Assembly (NCBI GenBank): GCA_044070495.1
Contig: JBIPSI010000033.1
Location: 1-59,103 of the forward strand
From: Spirulina sp.
GTDB lineage: Bacteria; Cyanobacteriota; Cyanobacteriia; Phormidesmidales; Phormidesmidaceae
Length of the DNA stretch: 59,103 nt
Direction of reading: 5' to 3'
Below, in pieces: positions 19,018 to 30,900 of the stretch (the stretch's first letter is position 1; each line of letters starts with the position of its first letter). Below the pieces are notes generated by a model, which was given only the letters and a program-made list of their open reading frames with translations, made no database searches and was not told where the DNA came from. Both the position numbers and the translations under genes were made by a program.

Positions 19018-21819
19018 CTAATCATTGGATTCCGCTGCATCGTCTTTGGCCTTGGCCGAAGTTGATTTGCGGGTGGTGGATTTTTTCGTCGTCGAGGTTT
19101 TGGTCGTCGTCGCCTTAGTGGTGCGCTTAGTGCCGGAAGCCTTACTCGCCGCCGCCGTTTTGGTGGTGCGGGCGGTTGTCCCGGTTTTGGTGCTCTTCTT
19201 CGTGGTGCTAGATTTTGTCGTACTGGACTTGCGGGTACCGGATTTAGCGGTACTCGTCTTCTTGGCTTTGCCTCCCTTGCTGGCGGCCTTGGCGGCGATC
19301 CATTCCAGGGCTTGCTCTAGGGTAATGCTGTCTAGCTCCACGCCTTCGGGGACGGAGGCATTGACCTTGCCGTGCTTCACGTAATGGCCGTAGGGGCCGT
19401 TGAATACCGCAATCTGTTCGCCATCGTCGGGATGGTTACCCAGTTCCTTCAGGGGGGTGGCCTTGCCCCGTCCGCGAGTAGCCTTGGGCTGGGCCAGCAG
19501 TTCCAGCGCCCGTTCTAGGGAGATGGTCAGCACATCGTCGTCGCCCTTGATGGAGCGATAGTCTTTGCCGTCCTTGCCCTGGTCGTGGATGACGTAGGGG
19601 CCAAAGCGGCCTTGGCTGGCTTTGATGGGTTTGCCTGTTTCGGGGTGTTCGCCCAGCAGGCGCGGCAACCGCAGCAGACCCACCGCCGATTCTAGGGTGA
19701 TGTCTTCGGCCTTCATGCCTTTGGGCAGAGAGGCTCGTTTGGGTTTGGGGTTGTCGTCGGTGGCCTCGCCCAATTGCACGTAGGGGCCGTAGGGGCCAAT
19801 GCGGAGGAAAATCGGTTCGCCTGTTTCAGGATGAAGGCCCACTTTATCTGGCCCTTCCACCTTTTGTTTGATGATCCATTCGACCTGTTCTTCATCGAGG
19901 TCGGCGGGGGGCACATCGGCAGGGATGGAGGCCCGCACAGACTCTTCGCCGTCGCCAATTTCGATGTAGGGGCCGTAGCGACCGATGCGAACTTTGGCCT
20001 CTAGGTCGTTGAGAACGACGGTGCGGGCTTCGGTGGGGTCGATCTGGGTTTCGCGGGTGTGGACTTGATTCTCTAGTCCTTCATCCCCACCGTAGAAAGA
20101 TTTCAGGTAGGGGAGCCAGTCCACTTCTCCGGTGGAAATGTCGTCGAGGGTTTGCTCCATGCGGGCGGTGAAGTGAACATCCACCAAGTCGGGGAAGTTC
20201 TGTTCGAGCAGGGCGGTGACGGCAAAGGCGGTGAAGGTGGGGATGAGACTGTTGTTCACCAGTCGTACATAGCCCCGGTCGATGATGGTGCCGATGACGG
20301 TGGCGTAGGTACTGGGCCGACCGATGCCCTCGCTTTCTAGCACTTTGACCAAGGTGGCTTCGGTGTAGCGGGCGGGGGGCTGGGTTTCGTGGCCGATGGC
20401 CTCTAGATCGGAGCAGTTGAGGGCGTCCCCAGTCCTGAGGTTGGGCAGTAGCACCTCTTGGCCCTCGATGGCGGCATCGGGATCGTCGGAACCTTCGACG
20501 TAGGCGCGGAAGAAGCCGGGAAAATCAATGCGCTTGCCCGTGGCCCGGAAGATGGCGTCTTCCACCTCAATGGAAGCGGTGATGTTGGTCTGACGAGCTT
20601 CGGCCATCTGGCTGGCCACGGTGCGCTTCCAGATCAGGTCGTATAGGGATAGTTCCCGTCCACTTAACCCCGTTTCTGCGGGAGTTCTAAAGGTGCTGCC
20701 AGCGGGGCGAATGGCTTCGTGGGCCTCCTGGGCACCCTTGGATTTGGTGGCGTACTGGCGCGGTTTGGGGCTGAGGTATTCTTTGCCGTACTTGGTTTCC
20801 ACGCAGGAACGGGCCGCCTCGATGGCCTGCTGAGACAGGTGCACCGAGTCGGTACGCATGTAGGTGATGTAGCCCTGTTCATAGAGGTTTTGGGCCACGC
20901 GCATGGTGTCGCGGGCGGAGAGGCGCAGCTTGCGGTTGGCCTCCTGTTGCAGGGTGGAGGTGGTGAAGGGGGGGGAGGGCTTGCGGGTGTTGGGCCGTTC
21001 CTCTAGGTTGCTGACCGTCCACACCCCTTCCAGCAAACGGGCTTGCAGGTCACGGGCCTGGGCTTCATCCAGCAGCACCACCTCGCGTCCGGCGGCAATT
21101 TGTCCGGTGGATTCGTCGAAGTCGCTGCCGTTGGCCAAACGAGTCCCCGCCAGGGAGTGGAGCTTGGCCTCAAAGGCGTTTTTGTCCTTTAGCAGACTGG
21201 CCTTCAAATCCCAGTAGGATCCTTTGCGGAAGGCGCGGCGTTCCTGTTCGCGATTCACCACCACCTTCACCGCCACCGACTGTACCCGTCCGGCGGACAG
21301 CCCCCCGGCGATTTTCTTCCACAGTAGCGGTGACAGGGTATAACCCACCAGGCGATCTAAAATGCGGCGGGTTTCCTGGGCATGGACAAGCTGATCGTCG
21401 ATGGTGCGGCAGTTTTCTAGAGCCGACTGAATCGCCTCCTGGGTAATTTCGTGGAACACCATGCGCTTAGTGGGCACCTTCGGCTTGAGCACCTGCAACA
21501 GATGCCAGCTAATGCTTTCCCCCTCGCGGTCTTCGTCCGTGGCTAGTACCAGTTCGTCCGCGTCCTTGAGGGCATCCTTGAGGGTTTTGACCACCTTTTT
21601 CTTGTCGCTGGGAACGATGTACAGCGGCGCAAAGTTATCGTCGGGGTTCACCCCCAACTGCGCCCACTTTTCCCCCTTCACCTCCGGCGGAATTTCGCTA
21701 GCCGACCGGGGCAAATCACGCACATGGCCCATGGAAGCCTCCACCCGATAGCCACGCGGCAGGTAGTTGCGAATGGTTTTGGCCTTGGTGGGCGACTCGA
21801 CAATGACAAGGGTTGACAT
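19018..21819 (-). CDS. topA: DNA topoisomerase I
   Basis: [29 protein letters not shown]-terminal repeats and Lys/Thr-rich tail. Confidence 0.98.
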   Translation of the reverse strand: MSTLVIVESPTKAKTIRNYLPRGYRVEASMGHVRDLPRSASEIPPEVKGEKWAQLGVNPDDNFAPLYIVPSDKKKVVKTLKDALKDADELVLATDEDREGESISWHLLQVLKPKVPTKRMVFHEITQEAIQSALENCRTIDDQLVHAQETRRILDRLVGYTLSPLLWKKIAGGLSAGRVQSVAVKVVVNREQERRAFRKGSYWDLKASLLKDKNAFEAKLHSLAGTRLANGSDFDESTGQIAAGREVVLLDEAQARDLQARLLEGVWTVSNLEERPNTRKPSPPFTTSTLQQEANRKLRLSARDTMRVAQNLYEQGYITYMRTDSVHLSQQAIEAARSCVETKYGKEYLSPKPRQYATKSKGAQEAHEAIRPAGSTFRTPAETGLSGRELSLYDLIWKRTVASQMAEARQTNITASIEVEDAIFRATGKRIDFPGFFRAYVEGSDDPDAAIEGQEVLLPNLRTGDALNCSDLEAIGHETQPPARYTEATLVKVLESEGIGRPSTYATVIGTIIDRGYVRLVNNSLIPTFTAFAVTALLEQNFPDLVDVHFTARMEQTLDDISTGEVDWLPYLKSFYGGDEGLENQVHTRETQIDPTEARTVVLNDLEAKVRIGRYGPYIEIGDGEESVRASIPADVPPADLDEEQVEWIIKQKVEGPDKVGLHPETGEPIFLRIGPYGPYVQLGEATDDNPKPKRASLPKGMKAEDITLESAVGLLRLPRLLGEHPETGKPIKASQGRFGPYVIHDQGKDGKDYRSIKGDDDVLTISLERALELLAQPKATRGRGKATPLKELGNHPDDGEQIAVFNGPYGHYVKHGKVNASVPEGVELDSITLEQALEWIAAKAASKGGKAKKTSTAKSGTRKSSTTKSSTTKKSTKTGTTARTTKTAAASKASGTKRTTKATTTKTSTTKKSTTRKSTSAKAKDDAAESND

Positions 21820-22284
21820 AGGGCTGATGGCGCGTGGATGGCAATCGGATAGACAGCAGTAGAAAGGGAAAAGGGGGAATCTAGGGGCCAATATGGCCCC
21901 AATTCCTGAGGAGGCTAAGACTGAGAGCCTAAACCCAAGTGTTAAACACTTTAATGCACAGCTTAAAGGGGCTGAGTTTCAAATCCCCAAAAAACTTAAT
22001 GATTGCCGCTGGGTCTGGATTCACCTTAGCTCATCCCTATCCATGGGCAAACACCATGACTTCACGGTAGGGATAGGGAGGTCTAGGCCAGTCTAGGGGC
22101 AAATTCGTTACTTCTGGATGGAAATGGACTGATTTACGACCGCTAATCAATCTAATCAATAATTCAGATGGGGTACCAGCGTCTAGGGGCCGTAAAATCT
22201 ACCTACCACACGCCTACCGTGGCAGGATCGCGATAATATGCCAGGTGTAGGTTTGTAAACGTGTCAACAACGGGGGAAGCGCGT

Positions 22285-23844
22285 ATGGATTTCGCGAGCC
22301 TGGCGGCCCAGCTCAATGCTGGCACCATTTGGCCAGAGGGTATTGTGGTCGCCACTATTCTGGTCATCCTGGTTGGAGATTTAATTCAGGGGCGTTCGTC
22401 CTCCGCTTGGACTCCCTACGCCGCCATGGCGGGTGGCCTCGGCAGTATCGTCGCCCTGGTGCTTCAGTGGGGCGCTGCGGATCCCATCGGCTTCCTCGGT
22501 GGCTTCAATGCCGACGACCTAAGCGTTATTTTCCGGGGCATCATCGTCCTTTCGGCGGTGTTCACGGTGCCCATGGCTATCCGCTACGTGGAGCAATCCG
22601 GTACTTCCCTGGCCGAATTTCTGGTCATCCTGCTCACCGCTACCCTGGGCGGAATGTTCCTCTCCGGCGCGAACGAGTTGGTGATGATCTTCGTGTCTTT
22701 AGAGACCCTCAGTATCGCCTCCTACCTGCTGACGGGCTACATGAAGCGCGACCCCCGCTCCAACGAAGCGGCGTTGAAATATCTGCTGATTGGGGCGGCG
22801 AGTTCCGCGATTTTCCTCTACGGATCTTCCCTGCTCTACGGCCTCTCCGGCGGCGAAACGCGGCTGTCGGAAATTGCTAGTACCATCGTCAGCGTTGACG
22901 GTGAACCTCCCATCGGGCTAATCGTCGCCCTCGTATTTGTGATCGCTGGGATCGCCTTCAAAATCGCCGCCGTGCCCTTCCACCAGTGGACGCCCGACGT
23001 GTACGAAGGATCGCCTACTCCGGTGGTGGCGTTCCTCTCCGTAGGCTCGAAAACCGCTGGCTTTGCCCTGGCCATTCGCCTGCTGATTGAAGCCTTCCCC
23101 CTGGTCTCCGAGCAGTGGCGCTTTGTCTTCACCGCCCTGGCCATCCTCAGCATGGTGCTGGGTAACGTGGTGGCCCTGGCCCAAACCAGCATGAAGCGCC
23201 TCCTAGCCTACTCTTCCATCGGCCAAGCGGGCTACCTGATGATTGCCCTGGTAGTTGGCACCGATGCGGGCTATGCCAGCCTGATCTACTACCTGCTGGT
23301 GTACCTGTTCATGAACCTGGGCGGCTTCACCTGCGTGATTCTCTTCGCCCTCCGCACCGGCAGCGACCAAATCAGCGACTACAGCGGCCTCTACCAAAAG
23401 GATCCCCTGCTCACCCTGGCCCTCAGCGTTTGCCTGCTCTCCCTCGGCGGCATTCCGCCCATGGCTGGGTTCTTCGGCAAAATCTACATCTTCTGGGCCG
23501 GTTGGCAAGCCGGAGCCTACGGCCTGGTGCTAGTGGGCTTGGTGACGAGCGTCATCTCCATCTACTACTACATCCGCGTCATCAAGATGATGGTGGTGAA
23601 GGAACCCCAGGAAATGTCCGACGTGGTGAAGGACTACCCCGCTGTACGCTGGGATCTTCCCGGTCTGCGGCCCATGCAAATTAGCCTGATTCTGGCCCTA
23701 GTCGCCACCTCCCTGGCCGGGATTTTGTCGAACCCCCTATTCACCCTGGCCAACAACGCCGTGGTGCAAACCCCCATGCTGCAAAGCCCCGTGGCCAGCA
23801 CCACCCTGGTGAACCCGGTCGCCTTAGGAGATAGCTTGAACTAA
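22285..23844 (+). CDS. ndhB: NAD(P)H-quinone oxidoreductase subunit 2
   Basis: [33 protein letters not shown] and KRLLAYSSI. Confidence 0.97.
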   Translation: MDFASLAAQLNAGTIWPEGIVVATILVILVGDLIQGRSSSAWTPYAAMAGGLGSIVALVLQWGAADPIGFLGGFNADDLSVIFRGIIVLSAVFTVPMAIRYVEQSGTSLAEFLVILLTATLGGMFLSGANELVMIFVSLETLSIASYLLTGYMKRDPRSNEAALKYLLIGAASSAIFLYGSSLLYGLSGGETRLSEIASTIVSVDGEPPIGLIVALVFVIAGIAFKIAAVPFHQWTPDVYEGSPTPVVAFLSVGSKTAGFALAIRLLIEAFPLVSEQWRFVFTALAILSMVLGNVVALAQTSMKRLLAYSSIGQAGYLMIALVVGTDAGYASLIYYLLVYLFMNLGGFTCVILFALRTGSDQISDYSGLYQKDPLLTLALSVCLLSLGGIPPMAGFFGKIYIFWAGWQAGAYGLVLVGLVTSVISIYYYIRVIKMMVVKEPQEMSDVVKDYPAVRWDLPGLRPMQISLILALVATSLAGILSNPLFTLANNAVVQTPMLQSPVASTTLVNPVALGDSLN

Positions 23845-23870
23845 AACGGCTAAATCCTGAATTCCTACGG

Positions 23871-23911
23871 CAGGCCCAGACTCTTGAATGTAGAGTTTGA
23901 GCCTGTTTTTT
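23871..23911 (+). terminator. Intrinsic terminator after ndhB
   Basis: CAGGCCCAGACTCT/AGAGTTTGAGCCTG stem followed by T6. Confidence 0.7.
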
Positions 23912-23966
23912 GTTGAAGCTGGCCTGGATATCTTGAGGCTATCCTAGGGTTACATACTGGCGCGAG

Positions 23967-24425
23967 GTGGCCGTTGTGACTCAGACCTCCCTATCCAAGT
24001 CGCTCTACGATCAAGACTTTGCCCTCTGGCTAGAGCAGGTTGCCAATCAGCTACGGGCAGGGGATTTCAGCCACCTCGATATCAATAACTTGGTGGAGGA
24101 ACTGGACGCCCTGGGACGTTCACAGAAGCGGGAAATCAAGAGTCGGCTGGTGGTGCTGTTTGCCAATCTCCTTAAGCGCCTCTATATCGACAGCGCCTAC
24201 GATAATCGGGGCTGGGAAATCACCATTCGCGAACAGCGACGAGAACTGAGGTTGTTGCTAGAGCAGTCCCCCAGCCTGATGAGCTATGCCAACCATGCCC
24301 TAGAGGACGCCTACGCCATGGCCCTCTCTGAAGTGCGGGAGGACTACGCTAAGGTGCCTTTCCCCGACCGCTGGCCCCTCAGCGAGGCCCTGGAAGATGT
24401 GCTAACCTGCCCCTTTTGGCAGTAG
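23967..24425 (+). CDS. DUF29-family protein
   Basis: LYDQDFALW...LDINNLVEELDALGRSQ...WEITIREQR. Confidence 0.92.
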   Translation: MAVVTQTSLSKSLYDQDFALWLEQVANQLRAGDFSHLDINNLVEELDALGRSQKREIKSRLVVLFANLLKRLYIDSAYDNRGWEITIREQRRELRLLLEQSPSLMSYANHALEDAYAMALSEVREDYAKVPFPDRWPLSEALEDVLTCPFWQ

Positions 24426-25535
24426 CGCTTGGCTTTCAATTTCAACCTTTTGGGCGAGTTCCTGTTCAATGGCGGACAGCAGTTCTGGTTGCCCCCAGCC
24501 CTGGTGAAGGGTGGCGGCGATGGCACAGGCTCCGGCTCCCACGCCTTCTTTGACAAACCCTTCTTCGTAGGCCCGCAGGGCGGCGAAGCGCGAATCGGCA
24601 AAGGACAAGTCCGTTGCCAGTAAACAAGCATCCATGGCCTGGGCTAAACCGACGGTGTCGCCCGTGGGATCAGCGGCGACCCAGCGGGTGGTACCGACGA
24701 CGACATTTTTGCGGTTCCAGGGAAAAGCATCCACCTGGGCCAGGGCCGTCATCAGGGCATAGACCGCCAGCATTTGGGTGCCTCCGGCCAGCATCACGGG
24801 CTGGGTGCGGCTAGCGGCGATGGCCATTCCGGCCACCACGGGCTGCATCGGATCGCCGAAAGCAGCGACGACCTCTAGAGGGTGAGGTGATTTTCCATGC
24901 CAGCGCTGACGGGCTTGGGCGAGTCCTTGCTGGACAATGTCCCGTTTTTGGTGGTGGTTGCAGATGGGGTGGCTGCTGTTGACCCGATCCATGGCGTCGA
25001 TGCCTACCCCTTGCAGCAGGGCAAGGGCGGTGGTGGTGCCGCCGACGACGCATTCCGCCAGCAGTAGATAGTCCGTCGTGGCTTCAGCGGCCAGGGTCTC
25101 GCCCCAGTGCAGACCCGCTTGGAACAGATGCTTTACGATTTCAAGGGGTAGGGCTTGGCCTGTGGTGAGGCACTGGGCGGGTTGCCCTTCAAGGTCGATG
25201 TGGGCCACGGTGGGCGGCTGTGGTAGTCCGGCGTTGAACACCGTCAGGGGAATTTCTTGCCCCGCCACTACCGCCCGCGAAATTAAGGCCGGGGAAGCGC
25301 CCGCCTGGAGCGGAGGGAGGGGAAAAGCCGGTCGCGGTTGGGGGCCGTTCACCATCCATTCGGCATCGGCGAGAGCGGTGGTGCGCCGATCTTTTGGGGT
25401 GGCCCCAGCGGCAGAAATACCGGGAATCAGTCCCGTTTCGGTGAACCCCAATACCAGGGCCAAGGCCGGACGCTGCCCCCGCACTTGCTGAAGCCACCGG
25501 GTGGCCCGCTGGGGGTCGCTATGGACGGTAATCAT
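24402..25535 (-). CDS. cobT: Nicotinate mononucleotide-dependent phosphoribosyltransferase (cyanobacterial/archaeal CobT)
   Basis: PGISAAGA, ECVVGGTTTA, LAGGTQM and YEEGFVKEGVGAG. Confidence 0.88.
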   Translation of the reverse strand: MITVHSDPQRATRWLQQVRGQRPALALVLGFTETGLIPGISAAGATPKDRRTTALADAEWMVNGPQPRPAFPLPPLQAGASPALISRAVVAGQEIPLTVFNAGLPQPPTVAHIDLEGQPAQCLTTGQALPLEIVKHLFQAGLHWGETLAAEATTDYLLLAECVVGGTTTALALLQGVGIDAMDRVNSSHPICNHHQKRDIVQQGLAQARQRWHGKSPHPLEVVAAFGDPMQPVVAGMAIAASRTQPVMLAGGTQMLAVYALMTALAQVDAFPWNRKNVVVGTTRWVAADPTGDTVGLAQAMDACLLATDLSFADSRFAALRAYEEGFVKEGVGAGACAIAATLHQGWGQPELLSAIEQELAQKVEIESQALLPKGAG

Positions 25536-25655
25536 CGGTGTTGCCTACTGCGTCGATACGGTGTGAAAAATCTCCTCTGATCAGAAAGATCCCAGGGTTC
25601 TCCCGTGGCTGGACTGAGAGCCTTGGAATCTACGCAGAACCCTGGGATCTGGAGG

Positions 25656-26459
25656 TTAATCGGTTAGGAGGTCTTGTACCCAGGCGGGCGGTTCGGGAAT
25701 TTTGGCCCCCAGGCGTTCTAACAACAGCCAAGCCGCCAGGTGAACGGTGAACAGGTACACCACATTGCTGAGCAGCACCATCACCAGGGCCAGGATTTGG
25801 ATGGCTTCTACGTTGGCCTGCCCTAGGACGCCGATATCTAGAATCCCAAAATTCACCAGCTTTTCTAGGCCCCAGTTCAGCATTTGGGTGACCTGGGTGG
25901 TGAGGTAGACCCAGAGGTCTTCGCCAATCAGCACCGACATCAGCCACAGGCGAAAGAAAAAGCCCAAGCTGCCCAGGAACGTTCCCGCCGCAATTGAAAC
26001 GTACCAGTTGGCCCCCCGCACCCAGGTAAAGCCCAACTGCACCCCCATCAGGGCGTAGGGCATCAGAAACAGCAGGCTGCGCGGTGGCCCCATCAGCACC
26101 GACAGCAGTAGCCCCGACACCAGGGCCGACATCCAGGCCGCCCTTGGCCCCCAGCGCAAATACACTAAGGCCATGGGCAACGGGAACAGAATCCGCAGAA
26201 TGGGGCCGGGGGGAAAGTAGGTATTCACCAGCCAGATTAGAGCGGCGGTGCTGGCCAAAAAGGCGGTTTCTACCATCACCAGGGGGCCAGCTTTGTGGCG
26301 ATGGGCGGCGGTGGGCGGACGCCAGGATCCGGTGTCGCTGGCGGCGGTGCGATAGTCCAGGTAGGTATCGAGATCGTCGAAACTGGTCTCGGCCTCCGGG
26401 GAAGTCCCAGGGGAAGAGGGGTGGTTAGATCCAGCGGAATGGGGCACGGGGGAACTCAT
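25656..26459 (-). CDS. DUF2232-family membrane protein
   Basis: MVETAFLAS...FPLPMALVYLRWG; multiple TM helices. Confidence 0.85.
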   Translation of the reverse strand: MSSPVPHSAGSNHPSSPGTSPEAETSFDDLDTYLDYRTAASDTGSWRPPTAAHRHKAGPLVMVETAFLASTAALIWLVNTYFPPGPILRILFPLPMALVYLRWGPRAAWMSALVSGLLLSVLMGPPRSLLFLMPYALMGVQLGFTWVRGANWYVSIAAGTFLGSLGFFFRLWLMSVLIGEDLWVYLTTQVTQMLNWGLEKLVNFGILDIGVLGQANVEAIQILALVMVLLSNVVYLFTVHLAAWLLLERLGAKIPEPPAWVQDLLTD

Positions 26460-26465
26460 GGATAC

Positions 26466-27170
26466 CTAAACAAGCAGCTTTTCCAGGGCGTTGATATCTG
26501 GAATGACCATGAGGTCTTTATCCCGAACGATGAGCCCTTTCTTTTCTAGCTTACTCAGGACGCGGGTCACCGTCTCGCGGGCCAGGCCACTGAGGCTACT
26601 GAGTTCGCGGTGGGGCAGGTTGGGAATTTCTAGGCCGCTGTCGCCGCTTTTGCCCTGACCATCGGCCAGAAACAGAATGATATCGGTCACCCGCGAGGTG
26701 CTGTCCGATTCCCGCAGGCGCAGCCGCCGATTCACTTGGCGCAGCCGTCGAGCCATGAGCTGGGCCAACCGAATCCCGGCTACGGGCTGAGTATGCAGCA
26801 GATGAACAAAGTCGCTGGCGGGCATACTGCCGATCACCGTGGGCACCAGGGTAATCACATCGGTGGATCGGGGCACTTCTTCCAGGGGGGCCATTTCGCC
26901 AAAGAGCTCCCCTCGCCCCAAAATGTTAAGCGTTACCTCTTTACCATCGAGGTTGTAGGTGCGAATTTTGACCCAACCATCCAGAATGAAGTAGACGGAG
27001 TTTCCCCAGTCATTTTCTAGCAAAATCACTTGATTGGCCGGATGGCGGCGCGATACCACATGACTGGTCGCCTGGGCTACGGCCTCGTCGGGTAAATCTT
27101 TGAAGATTAGCGCTGAACGAATAAGCTGAAGGTCGTCCTGGGCATCCCGATGGCCGTAGCGAGCATCCAT
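26466..27170 (-). CDS. Crp/Fnr-family transcriptional regulator
   Basis: cNMP-binding domain (GELFGEMA...PRST) and HTH (GLARETVTRVL). Confidence 0.93.
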   Translation of the reverse strand: MDARYGHRDAQDDLQLIRSALIFKDLPDEAVAQATSHVVSRRHPANQVILLENDWGNSVYFILDGWVKIRTYNLDGKEVTLNILGRGELFGEMAPLEEVPRSTDVITLVPTVIGSMPASDFVHLLHTQPVAGIRLAQLMARRLRQVNRRLRLRESDSTSRVTDIILFLADGQGKSGDSGLEIPNLPHRELSSLSGLARETVTRVLSKLEKKGLIVRDKDLMVIPDINALEKLLV

Positions 27171-27177
27171 TGAGTAC

Positions 27178-27216
27178 TCCAACGCTAAACATCCAACGCT
27201 AAACATCCAACGCTAA
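27178..27216. repeat. 14-bp tandem repeat in the crp 5' leader
   Basis: TCCAACGCTAAACA x ~2.8. Confidence 0.9.
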
Positions 27217-27236
27217 CTAAACCATTGTCTAGTCTG

Positions 27237-27639
27237 TTGACACTCCCATGACTAAAGTCAGTGGGATTCTTGGTTCAATGACTGAGCTTACCCCATCAGG
27301 CTGAAACCAAATGAGATAGTGCCCCAATCTCCCCAAACGTATACGTTCCGGTCTGCCCGCTGGATGCGCTTTAGCTAACTGCGCTTTAGCTAACATTTTG
27401 CAGCGTTTGCTGAGGTCGTATTTATCTACCCCCGGTTGTCCATCCAGTAGCGCAAAGCCTGGTTGCGGACAACCGGGGCTGTTCGTAGGGCGCGTCTATG
27501 GCGTTAGCCTGGGTAGGCTTCACCCGTGCCTTTAGATCGATCACTACCCTAGATCCTAGGCTACTACATCCAGTGTAAGAACGATGGTTCAAGCCCCGTG
27601 GCGCTCCATCTCATGCCTAAAAGATTATGGGCTTTGCTT
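27237..27639 (-). mobile_element. tnpB: Non-autonomous, internally deleted IS200/IS605-family (IS891-like) tnpB element
   Basis: Minus strand: TTAC target then the left-end hairpin AAGCAAAGCCCAT...ATGAGATG. Frameshifted TnpB N-terminus (KPTQANAID/RTAPVVRNQALRYWMDNRG/DKYDLSKRCKMLAK). Right end GAACCAAGAATCCCACTGACTTTAGTCATGGGAGTGTCAA. Confidence 0.8.
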
Positions 27640-27972
27640 GTAAGTCTGTAACAAAACCCGTCAGTCTGGGCGCTACTGTCGCTATGCTACAGCCAGAGTC
27701 TTAAATTTAATGGTTTAACGGGTTGGGGATCTCAACCAAGGATAGGCTGACCAATAACCCTCGCTTCCTAAGATTTGACAGATCTACCCAAGCGTTATAG
27801 CTGGGAGGGGGTTCGACCACGACCGGGCACTCAACCTACCATCCAGACCTTGGCGAAGGGGATGGCTTGACAGGCATCGAACAGACATCGAACTTAACGT
27901 AGCGGGCGGGCAGGTGATTTTTCAGACCGACTGGCATACACTTTGGCAATAATTGGGGAAAGGGAAAGGGAC

Positions 27973-30900
27973 GTGACTGTGCAGCGGCAACAACTAGAGG
28001 CCTTAATCGCTGAGATTGACGCAACCCTGGGGGAGGCAGCACCGAAGCTTCCTTGGGTGATGTCGAGCGCCACCCAGCAACAACGACAGCTTTTGGCTAA
28101 GGCACGGGCCTGTTTGGCTCAAATGCAGGCCGATCCTAAGACCGTGGAGGGACAGCCCGCCGCGCTGCCGGGGGACAGCACCAGTCAAGCGGCTAGCCAG
28201 GTGCTCAATGCCCTGCTCCAGGAAATGCAGTATCTGCGGGGGCAAACCCTGCAAATTCTAACGCCGCTGCAAAACGAGGTGGCCGCCCTGCGCCAGCAGC
28301 GGGAAACCCTGCTGCGAGAAGTGCAGCAACTTCAGCAGCAGCGCCTAGAGTCCGCCCAGACAAATCCACGGCTCTCCCCAGGCAACTGGGAAGACACCCT
28401 AGGCGAACTGACCCAACACCTGGAAGCCCATCTGGCGGGGCAGGTAGAACAGGCGGTACGTCGCCTAGAAACCTCGGTGGCCAATAATTACCTGCTCAGT
28501 GAAGCGCCCTCCGAAGCCGAGACTGCCACGGGGCTAGAGTCCCTCTCGCCCGCCCAGCGCCTCGCCTATCTCCAGCAAATTCAGTCCCAAACCGACGATC
28601 TCATTCGCAACCTCGATCTGTCGCTGCGGGCCGTGTTCGACGCCCTGCAACAGAGTGTGTATAGCTATCAAGACTCCCTCAACCAGGGCCTGAACAAAAT
28701 GCACACCCTGGGTCAACAGGGCGAGATGATGTTCAGCGCCCTCGTCAACCATGTGGCCCAGCGCATGAACCAGGAGGCCTTGGCCTACCTCGATGCCCCA
28801 AGGCGAGGGGGATCACCGCCGGGGCTGCCCGATGCCGATCAACCCCCTGCCCCATCGGAGTCAGCCGCTATTGCCCCACAGACTGAGGAAGACGACTTCG
28901 ACCTAGAGGGCCTGGATTTAGACCTGGACTTTGACGATGATGAGGTGACGCTGCTGCAAATTGACGAGGAAATCTCGCAGTTGCGGCTAGATGGGGATGA
29001 GGTGGGATCCTCTTCCATGCCGACCCCTCCCCTAACTGCCATGGATACGGCCCCCCCTGCCGATGCCCTACAGGTGCTAGATCAGTTAGATGTGGCCGCG
29101 CCCGATCCCCGATCCTCGGTATCGGTTCCCATCACCCCAGAGGCGGAGGTTGATCCGAGTTTGGCAACCTCGGCGGTGACCGATGCGGAGGAAGCTGAGG
29201 AGATTGACGACCTCTATCAAACCCTGTTTGGAGACAATGCCCCCCAGCCGCCCCAAAATCTACCGGGGGCCACCGCCGAAGATCCGGGGGACGCCGCCGC
29301 TACTCTTCCGTTTCCGCCCTCGCCCCCAGAGTCCCAGGACTGGGCCGCCCTGGCGGATACCCCCAATCGCGACGACCAACCGGGGGAGGCTGAGGCTATC
29401 GAGGTTGCCCCCGCCGCCGATAGCCTGTCGCAGTTGGTGGAGGGCACGGGCAGTTCCCTGCGGGCTTCGGTGCCTAGTCCGGCTCCCGACATCAGCACCA
29501 TTGCTTCCCTCGATGAACTGTTACCCGATGGTTCAGGAACGTCTACGGAACTGGATGCCCTGGATATTCTGCTGAACCCCAGCCAGCAAATCCAGGCCCC
29601 TGAGGATGAGGATCTGCTCGCTGCCGCCGAGTCCTTCCAAGCCGATCATTACGCCTTACCCCTCGACACCGGCGTGGTGGACACCCTTTCCCAGGACTTA
29701 GAGACCCTGGAGTCCATCGCCCCTCCCCAGACCACCGAGCCGCCAGAGGACTCCCTGTCGGAGATGCTGTCCACCGCCAGCCCCCTTGAGGAGGAGGTGG
29801 ACTGGGCGGTGCGGGTAGAACAGTGGGCGCAGCAGGTGGGCGGAGAGTCTCCCCCTACCACGGATACCCCTGGGGGGACAGAGGATTGGTTTGGGGATGT
29901 TGGGGATGTGTCTCCATCGGTATCGCCGAACCCACCTTTGGATCAGCCGGGGCTGATTACCGAAGACATGTTTGGCGAATTTGCGACGGAACGCCCCTCC
30001 GAAGCCCAGGCTGGTTCTACGGCTGAAGACGTGTTTGGCGACTTTGGTGGCGGAGATCTCGGTCGTGAAGACTTTGGCCGCGAAGACTTTGGTCGCGAAG
30101 ACTTTGGCCGCAATGGTTTGGGCCACGAAGACCTTAGGAACACCCTGGGGGCAGACCTGTCCCCAGGGATTGCCCCCGCCCCACCCGAATCTACCGCTGA
30201 AGATGTCTTTGGTGACTTTGGCGGCGACTTTGGCGGTGACTTTGGTCGCGAGGTTGACCGTCGCCCGGACGACGCTCCAGGTGATGACCTCTTTGGAGAT
30301 GCCTTCTCCCCCCAGTTTCCGCCCGATCCCCCTGCTCCGCCCGCTCGTCCCTCCATCGATCCCAGCCTGAATACGGCGGATAGCCTTTCAATGGTGCTCT
30401 CCGAGCTAAATCTCAGCCTTGGCCCAGAGGAGCCGCCGCCGCCAGACGCCAACCTGACCCTAGATGCCCTGGGTGAGTTTGCGTCAGAAGCATCCACAGC
30501 GCCTTCCCCTTCAGTCACCCCCTCAAGCCCAGTCACGGATCCCCTATCGTCCCTGGGGGATGAAGGGCTCGATTTGTTTGGGGAACGTCCAGCTATCTCC
30601 GGCCCTGAGGTTACTTCCTCTGGAATCTCCGATCCTTCGCTGTCGCTAGAAAACCTCATCGGCGATCTGAGCCTCGATGCCTCATTTCCCATCGCTGAAC
30701 CAGAGCCCAATGCCGTTACCGCAGAGGATGTCTTTGGCGACTTCGGTGCCCCAGCGGCACCAGCCCCTGATGCCGGTACTCCAGGGGATGTCTTTGGCGA
30801 CGTTGGTAGCCCAACGGTATCGGCACCCGCCGCTGCCACTCCTGAGGATGTGTTTGGCGACTTCGGTGCCGCAGAGGTCAGCAGCCCACCTTCGCTGGAT

